From: a virus
Virus record (IMG/VR): IMGVR_UViG_3300032038_000062
Span: 1 to 64,000 of that record
Reading direction: 5' to 3' (one strand)
DNA length: 64,000 nucleotides
Shown here: in pieces, positions 9,961-19,542 of the stretch
How positions within the stretch are numbered: the first letter of the stretch is position 1
Layout of the letters: each line of letters opens with the position of its first letter
Made by a program: the position numbers and the translations under genes
Notes under the pieces: generated by a model
What the model saw: the letters and a program-made list of their open reading frames with translations, nothing else
Told to the model about the DNA's origin: nothing
The model's database searches: none

Positions 9961-10101
9961 AGGTAAAACTTCATACTTTTTTTTACTATCTGTTTAGACT
10001 TCTAAAGTCTAAACTTTAATAGCAAGAGAAAAAAATTTTTTGAAAATGTATTGACTTTTTTATAATACTATGATATAATATAAATACAGTAAAGAAAGGA
10101 T

Positions 10102-10560
10102 TTGATAAACTTGAAAAGAAAAATTTGGTTCGATATGGATGGAACAATCGCTAACCTGTACGGCGTGGAAAATTGGCTTGACGATTTGAGGGCAGAAGTC
10201 CCACGACCGTACAAAATCGCAAAAGCAAATGTTAATTTGTCCCTTCTGGCTCGTTATCTCAACAAGTTGAGGGCGGGCGGCTATAAAATCGGCGTTATTA
10301 GTTGGACTTCCATGAAGTCAAGCCGAGAATATGAAGAAGAAGTCGCCGCCGCAAAAATTCATTGGCTTATCAATCACCTCCCTTCTGTTTGGTTTGATGA
10401 AGTTAATATTGTACCCTACGGCACAGAAAAAAATCTTTTCAATAAAGGGCGCGACCTGCTTTTTGATGATGATATCAGAGTAAGGGAAAAATGGACAGGC
10501 GAAAGTTATCCTCCCGAACAGATTTTCGACGTACTGCACAACTTGATTTCGGCGCTTTAA
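10102..10560 (+). CDS. HAD-superfamily 5'(3')-deoxyribonucleotidase-like hydrolase
   Basis: DMDGT motif I (IWFDMDGTIANLY). Size and layout resemble NT5C-type nucleotidases. The start may be TTG at 10111. Confidence 0.55.
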   Translation: MINLKRKIWFDMDGTIANLYGVENWLDDLRAEVPRPYKIAKANVNLSLLARYLNKLRAGGYKIGVISWTSMKSSREYEEEVAAAKIHWLINHLPSVWFDEVNIVPYGTEKNLFNKGRDLLFDDDIRVREKWTGESYPPEQIFDVLHNLISAL

Positions 10561-10672
10561 TGCGCTGAAATCTTTTTAGAAAATTTAGACTTCAAAAGTC
10601 TAAGAAAGAATAGAAAGGGGTTGACTTTTCTATAATTGTATGGTATAATATAGATAAGAAAGGAGGAGAAAT

Positions 10673-10912
10673 ATGAATATTCAATTAATCAGTAATGTAA
10701 AAATTAATTTAGAACCTTCAGAACTTAATGCTATAAATACTACAAAAAAAGTTTTAGAAAGAATTGAAGAAATTATTGATAGCGTCAAGAATGCCAATTT
10801 TTGGGAGTTTTTAAGCGAATATTATGATAATGATATTATAGAACTGCTTGACGATTTCCAACAAGATGATAGGTTAGAACGCCGCATTAAAGAATATCTC
10901 TGGGAGATATGA
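10673..10912 (+). CDS. Hypothetical early protein
   Basis: 79 aa, RBS AAAGGAGGAG. Confidence 0.5.
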   Translation: MNIQLISNVKINLEPSELNAINTTKKVLERIEEIIDSVKNANFWEFLSEYYDNDIIELLDDFQQDDRLERRIKEYLWEI

Positions 10913-11037
10913 CGACGAGGAAGAAGATTTTTAATCTTCTTCTTTTTTCTTTAGACTTCAAAAGTCTAAACTATAATTGACAAAAAATTTTATTTATGAT
11001 ATAATATAAATACAAAAAAGGAAAGCTGGGAGAAAAA

Positions 11038-11166
11038 TGAAAGAAAAACTTAACGAAATCGAAAAAGAAATTAAAGAAAAAATGGAAGAAAGCATATATA
11101 ATGACGATATTTATATTACTGTAACTATCGTTTTCGAAGTATTACACTCTATATTAGACGATTAGG
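11038..11166 (+). CDS. Small early protein (42 aa)
   Basis: Own promoter TTGACA..TGATATAAT at 10978-11013, RBS AAAGGAAAG, ORF below the 60-aa track cutoff. Confidence 0.4.
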
Positions 11167-11270
11167 CGGTCGCCGCTTTGTGATTTAGACTTCTAAAGTC
11201 TAAATTTTTATTGACCTATTAAATATATTATGATATAATATAAATGTAATAAAGAAAGGAGATTGTTTTA

Positions 11271-11582
11271 ATGTGTAAAAAAACTAAATATAAAAATTAT
11301 CGAATTGGAAAGTATCTTTTCACTGTAGAAATAAAAAAAGGCTGTGACTGTTTTGGAGATTATTTTTACATCACCATAAGAGATAGACACGACGCGCCGC
11401 GGAACTTTTTTGAGAGAATTAAACTAAAATTTAAGAACGAATATGCTATTGGAGATTCTTGCTGGCGCCCACTTTTTGACAAAAAAAATTTTGAGCGCTT
11501 TATCCTTGATAAGTTAGATTTTATTGTAGACAATAAATTTAACTTAGAAGAAGCAAACATTTTATGGGAAAATCTCGAATGA
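11271..11582 (+). CDS. Hypothetical early protein
   Basis: 103 aa, RBS AAAGGAGA. Confidence 0.5.
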   Translation: MCKKTKYKNYRIGKYLFTVEIKKGCDCFGDYFYITIRDRHDAPRNFFERIKLKFKNEYAIGDSCWRPLFDKKNFERFILDKLDFIVDNKFNLEEANILWENLE

Positions 11583-11768
11583 GATTTTCTTTTTGATTTT
11601 CTTTTAGACTTACAAAGTCTAAACCCCTAAATTTTTTTTGAAAAAAGTATTGACTTTTTTATTAAAATAGTTTATAATATACTTGTAAGGTTGAGAAAGG
11701 AAAGAAACCTTAATGAAACCTACAAAATAAAAATTTGGGTTGCGACCTACGCAAGAAAGAGGTTTATT

Positions 11769-12116
11769 ATGGCAGACAAGTACACTCAGAGAAATTTTTT
11801 GACAGACGTTATCAACGGCAATATTACCGAACAGGTGACCGCCTACGCCGAGGAAAGACTTGCGAAACTTGACGAGAAGAACGAAAAGCGCAAGGCTGAA
11901 ACCTCCGCCAATCAGCTCAAAAATATCCAGCTCGGCGAGGATATTGTCGCCTTCGTTACCGAGAACGGCGCGCAGACTACTTCCGAGATTGCAAGACAGT
12001 TCGGTGTTTCTACTCAGAAGATTGCGCCTATCACCAACGCACTTGTGAAGGAAGGCAAGCTGACCGAAACCACAAAGACGGTAGACAAGAAAAAGTATAA
12101 GGCGTTTACAGTTTAA
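11769..12116 (+). CDS. Winged-helix DNA-binding protein, paralog B
   Basis: 115 aa from ATG 11769. About 60% identical to 8264..8616, with a conserved leader and stem-loop upstream. Confidence 0.6.
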   Translation: MADKYTQRNFLTDVINGNITEQVTAYAEERLAKLDEKNEKRKAETSANQLKNIQLGEDIVAFVTENGAQTTSEIARQFGVSTQKIAPITNALVKEGKLTETTKTVDKKKYKAFTV

Positions 12117-12237
12117 CCGCCGAGGGGTACGCAAGTACCCCGACTTTTTTTAGATTTTCTTAGACGTTGTAAGTCTAAGATTAAATTGACTTTATTTTAT
12201 TTTATGGTATAATATAAATAATGAAGGAGGTAATATA

Positions 12238-12636
12238 ATGAAAATTCAGTATATTGCAAATGACGGAAAAATTTTTGATAATGAGTTTGACTGTCGGGAA
12301 TATGAGTCAAAAAAACAAGTAGATGAATTTCTCAATAAAAGAGAGCTAATCTTCTTGTCACGCTCAGGAGAAGTTCTTTTCGGAGAGATTGACGATTGCG
12401 CCGAGAGAGCTACTTATATTTTTGTTAATAGCGAGGCGGCACTTCAAGCTCTTTGGGGAGAAAATGAATGTCAGCGAGAAATCCGCCCACCCGAAGAAGG
12501 ATATTGGTATTATGATTATGAGTATGAAACCTGGAGAAGCATGAAAACTCAGGTTGAAATATTAGAAAATGAATTAGCTGAACTCAATAAAATTTATGAC
12601 CGCTTTGATTATCTTATAAGAAAACCTCAAGACTGA
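12238..12636 (+). CDS. Hypothetical early protein
   Basis: 132 aa, RBS GAAGGAGG. Confidence 0.5.
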   Translation: MKIQYIANDGKIFDNEFDCREYESKKQVDEFLNKRELIFLSRSGEVLFGEIDDCAERATYIFVNSEAALQALWGENECQREIRPPEEGYWYYDYEYETWRSMKTQVEILENELAELNKIYDRFDYLIRKPQD

Positions 12637-12747
12637 GGTTTTCTTTTTATTTTATTCTTAGACTTCTAAAGTCTAAAGTTAAATTGACTTTTTTAATCTT
12701 CTGTGATATAATATAGTTACAGTAAAGGAAAGAGAAAGGAAAATAAA

Positions 12748-12990
12748 ATGAAAGTAAAAACTAATAAATTTTGGGAAATTATCAACTATCTGTGTTTGAT
12801 TGGTCTTGTTATCGGTCAAATTACCGTAGGCTATGCTTACATCTTTGCGCAAATTATCTATCTGATTTGTAATACCGCCTCCGTTATTCGTGATATTAAA
12901 TTGCGGTTGCCGCCCTCTAATATTGTTAGGGACGCTTGCTTTACTGCAATTACTATTGGCTTAATTATTATCCGAGCGTTTTTCGGCTAA
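12748..12990 (+). CDS. Small membrane protein (two TM)
   Basis: 80 aa, RBS AAAGGAAAA. Confidence 0.5.
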   Translation: MKVKTNKFWEIINYLCLIGLVIGQITVGYAYIFAQIIYLICNTASVIRDIKLRLPPSNIVRDACFTAITIGLIIIRAFFG

Positions 12991-13215
12991 AATATCCTCC
13001 TTTACTTTATAGGTAGGCGTGGGCAATAGTCCACGCTATCCTATTAAAATTAGTTTAGACTTCCAAAGTCTAAGCCCACTCGTTGGGCGGTTAGCATAGG
13101 CTAACTTTTATTTTCTTTGAAAAAACTATTGACAAAACCGAAAAAATATGATATTATATATATGTCAGTTAGAGAGCGAAGGCAAACCTAAATTGACAGA
13201 AAGGAAAGTGATAAT

Positions 13216-14110
13216 TTTGAATTTTGAAAACAAAATTGACCGAAGAAAAAAATATTATTTGGTTTTTGATTGTGAAACCGCGACTTTGCCCTTCGCGGCA
13301 ACCATTGAAGAACCAAAAGACAAACAAAAAATTGCTATTGCTAAACCATTAATTTATGACTTGGGATGGCAGGTAATTGACCGCAAAGGGAATGTATATT
13401 GCCGCCGCTCGTATTTAGTCAGCGAAATTTTTTCCGTTCCTGCGGTTTTTAATACCGCGTATTATGCAAGCAAGCGCCCGATTTATCTTGATAAATTGGC
13501 AAAAGGTGAAATTATCCTGACCGATTGGAAAACAGCCACTGCAAAACTAGAAGAAGATTTACAAAAGGTTGAAGCGGTCGGCGCTTATAACTCAATGTTT
13601 GACTATAAAAAAGCAATTCCATTTACAGAAAAATATATCAAGATGTTATATTCTCCATACTATTATAAATGGGAAGAAAAGCAAATTGAGCATTGCAAGC
13701 ACATTTTATCAACGCCATATTATAAAAGTGATAATGAATTTAACCCTGAGATTTTCGAATTTAGGGATAAACAATATGCACTTTTTGACCTTTGGGGGCT
13801 GAGTTGCCGCCACCTCTTAAACAATAATGAATACAAACAAACTTGCATTAATAACGAATGGAAAACGGCAAGCGGGAAATTTTTCAAAACAAGCGCAGAA
13901 ACCGCATTCAGGTTTTTAACAAAAAACAATGATTTTATAGAAAGTCACACGGCTATTGAAGATACTATAATTGAGAGCCAAATTTTGACCGAAATTATAA
14001 AGCGCACAAAAAACAAATTTGAATTGGGGATTATTTATTTTCCCTTCCGTGAACTCGGAACAGTTAAAGATTTTGAAAACACACACGACAATATTTTTGA
14101 TTTATTCTAA
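13216..14110 (+). CDS. DEDDh-family 3'-5' exonuclease (DnaQ-like), paralog A
   Basis: Exo I LVFDCETATLP, Exo II YNSMFDYKKA, Exo III HTAIEDTIIES. Start TTG or GTG near 13207-13216 after RBS AAAGGA. Conserved leader shared with paralog B. Confidence 0.7.
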
Positions 14111-14234
14111 AAGAAAAAGGTTACAGAAATGTAACCTTTTTCCTCCAAAACTACCTTAGACTTTGTAAGTCTAAACCCTATTTGACTTCTCTATAATTAT
14201 ATAGTATAATATAGATAATAAAGGAGGTAATAAT

Positions 14235-14597
14235 ATGGCAAGTCGTTCTCAATTAAGAGCTAAAATCCGTCAAAAATATCTAACCCAAATTCGTGATTTT
14301 CTCAAATCACAAGGCGAAGAAGTTTTACTGACAAAAAGTAACCAACTGGCGATTCCAACCTGTGATGACGAAAACAACGAAGAAACACTTACAATTACTT
14401 TTGCTGTCCCTCTCGGCTCTAAAGCAGATAATGAACCTTTTGACCCATACACCGCTGCGGAAGTTTACGCACAAAATACAGAAAATAAAAGGGTTGAGGC
14501 TGAAAAGAGAGCAAAAGCAAAAGCAGAAAAAATTAAAAGAGATAAGGAGTACAGAGAAAAACAAAAAGCAAACAAAAAGAAAGGAAAAGGCGCATAA
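14235..14597 (+). CDS. Lys-rich early protein, paralog B
   Basis: 120 aa; same architecture and KGKGA end as 9076..9468. Confidence 0.6.
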   Translation: MASRSQLRAKIRQKYLTQIRDFLKSQGEEVLLTKSNQLAIPTCDDENNEETLTITFAVPLGSKADNEPFDPYTAAEVYAQNTENKRVEAEKRAKAKAEKIKRDKEYREKQKANKKKGKGA

Positions 14598-14788
14598 GCC
14601 TTTTCTTTTTAGAAGAATTTAGACTTTAGAAGTCTAAATCTTATGCTGCGGCGGTTAGCATAGACTAACTAAAAAATTTTTTATAAATTTATAAAAAAGT
14701 ATTGACAAATTAAAAAATCTATGCTATAATTGTATTGTCAGTTAGGGAAAGACGTTAAATCTAAATTGACAGAAAGAGGTTGATAATT

Positions 14789-15670
14789 TTGAATTTTGAA
14801 AAAAAACTTGACCGCCGCCGCAAATACTACCTTGTATTTGATTGTGAAACGGCAACTTTACCCTACGCGGCAAATTTTGAGGGTAAGGCAAGACAGGCAA
14901 TTTCTATTGCTAAACCATTAATTTATGATTTGGGTTGGCAAGTGATTGACCGTCAAGGCAATATTTACCGCCGCCGTTCGTACCTTGTTAGCGAAATTTT
15001 CAGCGTCCCTGCGGTTTTCAATACTGCATATTACGCAAGTAAACGTCCGATTTATCTCGAAAAATTAAATAATAACGAAATTATCCTGACCGACTGGAAA
15101 ACAGCCACCGCAATATTAGAAAAAGATTTGCAAGAGGTTTGCGCCGTTGGTGCTTATAATTCAATATTTGACTTTAAAAAAGCGATACCATTTACAGAAA
15201 GATATATAAAAGCGTTGTACTCACCGCACTATTATAAATGGGAACGGCGGCAAAACGAAATCTGCGACCGAATCGCAAGCGGAGAAATTCAAGAGAATAA
15301 TCAGACTTTTGACCCAGAAAATTTTTTCTTTAGAGAAAAAAATTATCCGTTGTTTGACCTTTGGGGCTTAAGTTGTAAACACTTATTAAATAATGATGAT
15401 TATAAAAAATCTTGTATTATGAATAAGTGGGAAACGGCAAGTAAAAAATATTTCAAAACTTCGGCGGAAACTTCATTTAGATATTTAACAAAAAATGATG
15501 ACTTTGAAGAAGCGCACACAGCTATTGAAGATACAATAATTGAGAGCTTAATTTTTGCCGAAATTGCAAAACGTACTAAAAATAAATTTGAAATGGGAAT
15601 TATTTATTTTCCGTTTAGAATTTTAGGCACTGTCAAACAATTCAAGGAACTAAACGATATTTTCGATTAA
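14789..15670 (+). CDS. DEDDh-family 3'-5' exonuclease, paralog B
   Basis: About 70% identical to paralog A; motifs LVFDCETATLP / YNSIFDFKKA / HTAIEDTIIES. Start TTG at 14780 or 14789. Confidence 0.7.
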   Translation: MNFEKKLDRRRKYYLVFDCETATLPYAANFEGKARQAISIAKPLIYDLGWQVIDRQGNIYRRRSYLVSEIFSVPAVFNTAYYASKRPIYLEKLNNNEIILTDWKTATAILEKDLQEVCAVGAYNSIFDFKKAIPFTERYIKALYSPHYYKWERRQNEICDRIASGEIQENNQTFDPENFFFREKNYPLFDLWGLSCKHLLNNDDYKKSCIMNKWETASKKYFKTSAETSFRYLTKNDDFEEAHTAIEDTIIESLIFAEIAKRTKNKFEMGIIYFPFRILGTVKQFKELNDIFD

Positions 15671-15798
15671 AGAAAGAAAAGGTTACAGAAATGTAACCTT
15701 TTCCCCCCCAAAATTATTTTAGACTTTGTAAGTCTAAATCCTATTTGACTTCTCTATAATTATATAGTATAATATAGATAATAAAGGAGGCGAAGATA

Positions 15799-16074
15799 AT
15801 GGTAGGCTATAAAATTATGAAAAATTTTGATAATTATAGATACACTTATACAGAAACAGTAGCAATTTGCTTATCTTTTGAAAGGGCAATACAATATCTT
15901 ATTGAAGAATGCGGCTTAGATGAAAATTATATCTATTCTGATTTTTATGGAAAAACCACATTAAAAGACGCATTCGGTAAAAACTGGTTATCAGAATTAA
16001 TTAATAATAAAATAACTTATTTTTCTTTTGAAGATTGTGATTATGAGATTGAAGAATGTAATATTTTAGAATAG
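15799..16074 (+). CDS. Hypothetical early protein
   Basis: 91 aa, RBS AAAGGAGG. Confidence 0.5.
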   Translation: MVGYKIMKNFDNYRYTYTETVAICLSFERAIQYLIEECGLDENYIYSDFYGKTTLKDAFGKNWLSELINNKITYFSFEDCDYEIEECNILE

Positions 16075-16360
16075 GGCACTCAGTGCCCCTTTTTATTTTA
16101 GACTTACGAAGTCTAAACTTTTCTAACCTTAGACTTACAACGTCTAAACTCATCAAATTTTCTCTCCCTCGTCAAACTTCTCACTATCTCGCGCCCAGTC
16201 ACTTCGTGTGTGTGTCCCCTAGTCTCCCTTTTCTAGCTTTTCTCCTGAAATGAGCTACGTTTTAAAATTTGAAATTATAAGGAAAAAGCGCTATAATATA
16301 TATAGAAAGTTAAGAAAGAATTAAAAGACTTTCAATCTATAAAAAAGAAAGGGAAACTAA

Positions 16361-16708
16361 ATGGAAAAGAAGATTACAGAAAAAGAGGTTATTAAAAGAC
16401 TTTCTCTCGGAGAATGTGACGAGGAAATGATTGAGTGGGCAACAGGTAAATATGAGAAGCTGTTAGCCGCCGAAGAGAAGAAAGCCGAGAAACAGAAGGA
16501 AAAAGCTCTTGAGAATAAGCCGATTATCGAAGCAATCGAAAGTGTACTCACAGATGAATACCAACCCGCATCAGTATTTGCTAATGCTGCGGACGTTAGC
16601 GTTCAGAAGATTGTCCACGTTCTAAAGGCTATGGATTCGGTAGAAGTCGGAGAAATTAAGATTACCGGAAAAGGAAAGTCAAACGGATATAGAAGAAGAG
16701 AGGTTTAA
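16361..16708 (+). CDS. Hypothetical early protein (last gene of the cassette)
   Basis: 115 aa, RBS AAAGGGAAA, promoter TTGAAA-N17-TATAAT at 16268-16296, terminator at 16700-16730. Confidence 0.5.
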   Translation: MEKKITEKEVIKRLSLGECDEEMIEWATGKYEKLLAAEEKKAEKQKEKALENKPIIEAIESVLTDEYQPASVFANAADVSVQKIVHVLKAMDSVEVGEIKITGKGKSNGYRRREV

Positions 16709-16709
16709 C

Positions 16710-17650
16710 CTCTCTTTTTTTTATACCCTTATTATTATATTATTATAATATTATAATATAATATAATATATAATAAAAAAATATTATAATAAAAATTTGA
16801 AAAAAAGCTAGAGCTGGGGCAGCACCAAATTATACCAAATCATACGATTTCATACCAAATCACACTATTTTATATAACTTTATACCTTCTCATATCCTTT
16901 TATATTCCCTTATACCCCTTTATATCCCCTTATACCAAACTATACAATTCCCTATAACCTTATACCAAACCATACACTATTCTCTACTACTAAACCCCTT
17001 TAATTCCTACTAAACCCCTTTATCTATTTCTAAACTAATTCCCCTTTGAACTTCCTCTTCTGAGTACTCGTCAGTTAGGAAAGACTCGAATCCTATACCC
17101 TTCCACTAATCTACCTAGATACGCCTATTGTAAGCAAACACAACGTTTTTCTTTTCGCTTAGAGCACAATCCTATTATTATAATATTATAATAAAACGTA
17201 TAAGCCCACCCATACGTTTTTCTTATACGCTTTTCTACGAATCCTATTATTATAATATTATAATATTATAAGCCCACTTATACGCCCAATTATCAGCTTT
17301 TTTATACGCTCCTATTGGAATCCTATTATAATAATATTATAAGAAAGATTATAAGCCCACTTATACGCTCTTCTACGAATCCTATTATTATAATATTATA
17401 ATATTATAATAAGATTATAATAGGATTATAATAAAACGTTGTTGTCTCGCCTAGCGCTAAAGCGCAAGGCTCAACCTATGGCTACGCCGTTGTCGCCTTA
17501 TGCTCTTCGAGCAACGGCAAAAACGTCTTCGCACAACGGGGAAGGAAGAAAACAAAGGGAACACAATTCTATTATTATATTATTATATTATAATATTATT
17601 ATAATATTTCTTAATTTGATAATAAGTATTTTTTTCTAATAATTCCTACA
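16710..17650. repeat. AT-rich repeat region at the convergence of early and leftward transcription
   Basis: Multiple palindromic ATTATAATATTATAAT elements. Four direct repeats of about 65 bp (AATCCTATTATTATAATATTATAATA...TAAGCCCACYYATACG) at about 17160-17440. Short TTATACC / CTTTATA repeats at 16830-17040. GC-rich island at 17440-17560. Confidence 0.7.
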
Positions 17651-17926
17651 AAATTTTAATCCCAGAATTCTTGGAAAATTTTTGGAAAATTTTCTATCCC
17701 ATAAAAGAGATTTCTGGAAAATTTCCCATTATTAGGTCGCGCCCGTCCGCATAAAATCGTTCAAATCCTAAAAAAAAGAAAGAGAGGACTAGCCTCTCTT
17801 TTATTCATATCTTATATATTCTTTTGAAGGAATAGTTATATCATACTCTGTTTGGCGAAAGCTTGTGCCTTGTAATATCTTCACAAACGTCAGCATGAAC
17901 ACATTCTTTACAAGTTGCCATAACAA

Positions 17927-18409
17927 TTACCTCCCGTTAATAATTTCGTATGTGTAACTGTCTATGTAGTTGCCGCATTCGTCTTTTGTAGTTTCGTGCC
18001 AATGGTGAATATATCCGTTATGACGCTTGCAGAACTTATCATAATGGCGTTTTACGGGGTTGCTACCTACCACATGCCACTCAATTCGATGGTGCGTTTT
18101 TACGAGTTCCTCCAGCTTTTGGAAAACATCTCTTCCAAGGAGAGGGTTTCCTTTGTCAAAGGAGAATAGCCCAAAATTCTGCACGGTATCACTATAATCA
18201 CTGATTCTGTATGTGAGGAATCCGATAAGGTTGTCGCCGCTATCAACGATTGCGAATTGGTACAGGTCGTCTTTCTCCTCAATTTTCGGCAAGCTGCTTC
18301 CACAACAATATCCGCAATAGTAGAAATAATCTGTAGTGTACAAGTGCTCGGTGAATTTTCTTGTAATTTCTTGTGCATATAAGAGTGCTGGCTTAAGCAT
18401 TGCTTTCAC
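17927..18409 (-). CDS. Hypothetical protein, possibly an acyltransferase-like fold
   Basis: 160-aa ORF with weak resemblance only. Confidence 0.4.
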   Translation of the reverse strand: MKAMLKPALLYAQEITRKFTEHLYTTDYFYYCGYCCGSSLPKIEEKDDLYQFAIVDSGDNLIGFLTYRISDYSDTVQNFGLFSFDKGNPLLGRDVFQKLEELVKTHHRIEWHVVGSNPVKRHYDKFCKRHNGYIHHWHETTKDECGNYIDSYTYEIINGR

Positions 18410-18666
18410 CCCTCTCTCACCGTAGTCGTAGCAATTGGACTATCAGGATTTATCATAAGAAGCGCTGCAACTGGTTCATACTCAGCTGTTGGATTTACAA
18501 GCGAAGTGGCGCCGGTGCGTAAATCTACCGCATTGTGGGCGTTATTGTTCTCGTCGATTATTGGAGCTATCTTCATTAAATAAGAACCAGAAAGAAGAAA
18601 AACTTCACCACATCCTATCTTCTCAAAAGATACCATATTCTTTTTCTTATTAATTTCTATCTTCAT
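18406..18666 (-). CDS. Hypothetical protein
   Basis: 86-aa ORF overlapping its neighbour by 4 nt. Confidence 0.45.
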   Translation of the reverse strand: MKIEINKKKNMVSFEKIGCGEVFLLSGSYLMKIAPIIDENNNAHNAVDLRTGATSLVNPTAEYEPVAALLMINPDSPIATTTVREG

Positions 18667-18860
18667 TTTCTTTTGCTTCTCCTTTCACTATATTACAAGA
18701 AAATTAAGTAGGCAATTATTGAAAAAATAATTTATAATTCTATTAATATTCTCCTTTTCCTTCTCTCTCCACCCTCTTACTCTCTTGGCGGCGGTACGCT
18801 TTTTTATTAGGAACTACTTGAGTTGTGGGTTTACGATACCAATAACCCCTTTTTCTCCTA

Positions 18861-19169
18861 TTAAATTCCTTCTGAGCTTTCTTGCTCATTTTTTCGTAAG
18901 AAACCATATTTATCCCACCAAATCTTCTCTTTTAATTTTATATGGGCTAAAGCGAGAGTATATTCAGCGCCGTTCATAGTAAGGAACTCTTCATCACTAG
19001 CCCATAGACTTACAATCCAATCTTGGCGGTCAACATCCCACCAATAACGGATTATATAAGGAGGAACATCATAGCAAAAGTGGATTATTGGTTGACCATA
19101 GGTATTGAACTTCTCAAAGGGAAGATAGCCGTTCTTTCCTTTCTTTACATCTTCTTGGGTTTTACTCAT
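18861..19169 (-). CDS. Hypothetical protein
   Basis: 102-aa ORF. Confidence 0.45.
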   Translation of the reverse strand: MSKTQEDVKKGKNGYLPFEKFNTYGQPIIHFCYDVPPYIIRYWWDVDRQDWIVSLWASDEEFLTMNGAEYTLALAHIKLKEKIWWDKYGFLRKNEQESSEGI

Positions 19170-19542
19170 TTGATAACTCCTCCTCTTCCTCCCAATTCAA
19201 GTTGCGGCAGTCCCTTAAAAGACGCTCATAGTGCGCGGGGTCTTCATTTCTAATCGAACCAAGAGGAAGAATTTTATCTCTATTCTTGGTATAAACACCC
19301 GTTATATCATAGTAAACCCCATCATATCTCCAGACAAAGTGTCCTTCGATTGGGTCATAACAAATACACCCCGCGCAATATCTTTGATAGAGGATTTCTG
19401 CAAACCAATAGCAGGCACCACAAGTAAAGAGTTTATCAACGCAATTAACCATTTCTTCACTATTTCCTGCCGCCATACGAAAACGCTCTATAAATTTAAG
19501 GATTGTTTTTGGGTTCTCCCTCGAACAACTCATTACTGGCAT
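19162..19542 (-). CDS. Hypothetical Cys-rich protein
   Basis: ORF 19162..19644; the start is probably the internal MPVMS, to limit overlap with the upstream gene. Confidence 0.4.
   Translation of the reverse strand: MPVMSCSRENPKTILKFIERFRMAAGNSEEMVNCVDKLFTCGACYWFAEILYQRYCAGCICYDPIEGHFVWRYDGVYYDITGVYTKNRDKILPLGSIRNEDPAHYERLLRDCRNLNWEEEEELSNE

Larger units (their letters stand above)
6543..16147 (+). repeat. Dispersed array of about 21 copies of the 19-bp palindrome TTAGAC-N7-GTCTAA, each 8-10 bp upstream of an early promoter
   Basis: Palindrome starts at about 6543, 6938 (TTAGGC variant), 7327, 7788, 8111, 8664, 8970, 9495, 9994, 10585, 10951, 11185, 11604, 12159, 12658, 13055, 14156, 14618, 15719, 16098 and 16129. 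Arms are conserved; the central 3-7 nt vary. Confidence 0.8.

Noticed and set aside
6543-16147. Possibility that the repeated TTAGAC-N7-GTCTAA elements form a CRISPR array
   Set aside because: The so-called spacers are 300-1500 bp and contain full genes with promoters. The repeats are short interrupted palindromes tied to promoter position. No cas genes are present.
16710-17650. CRISPR-like or tandem-array interpretation of the AT-rich repeats
   Set aside because: Repeat units are irregular in length and spacing, palindromic and AT-only. This is more consistent with an origin or packaging region than a CRISPR array.
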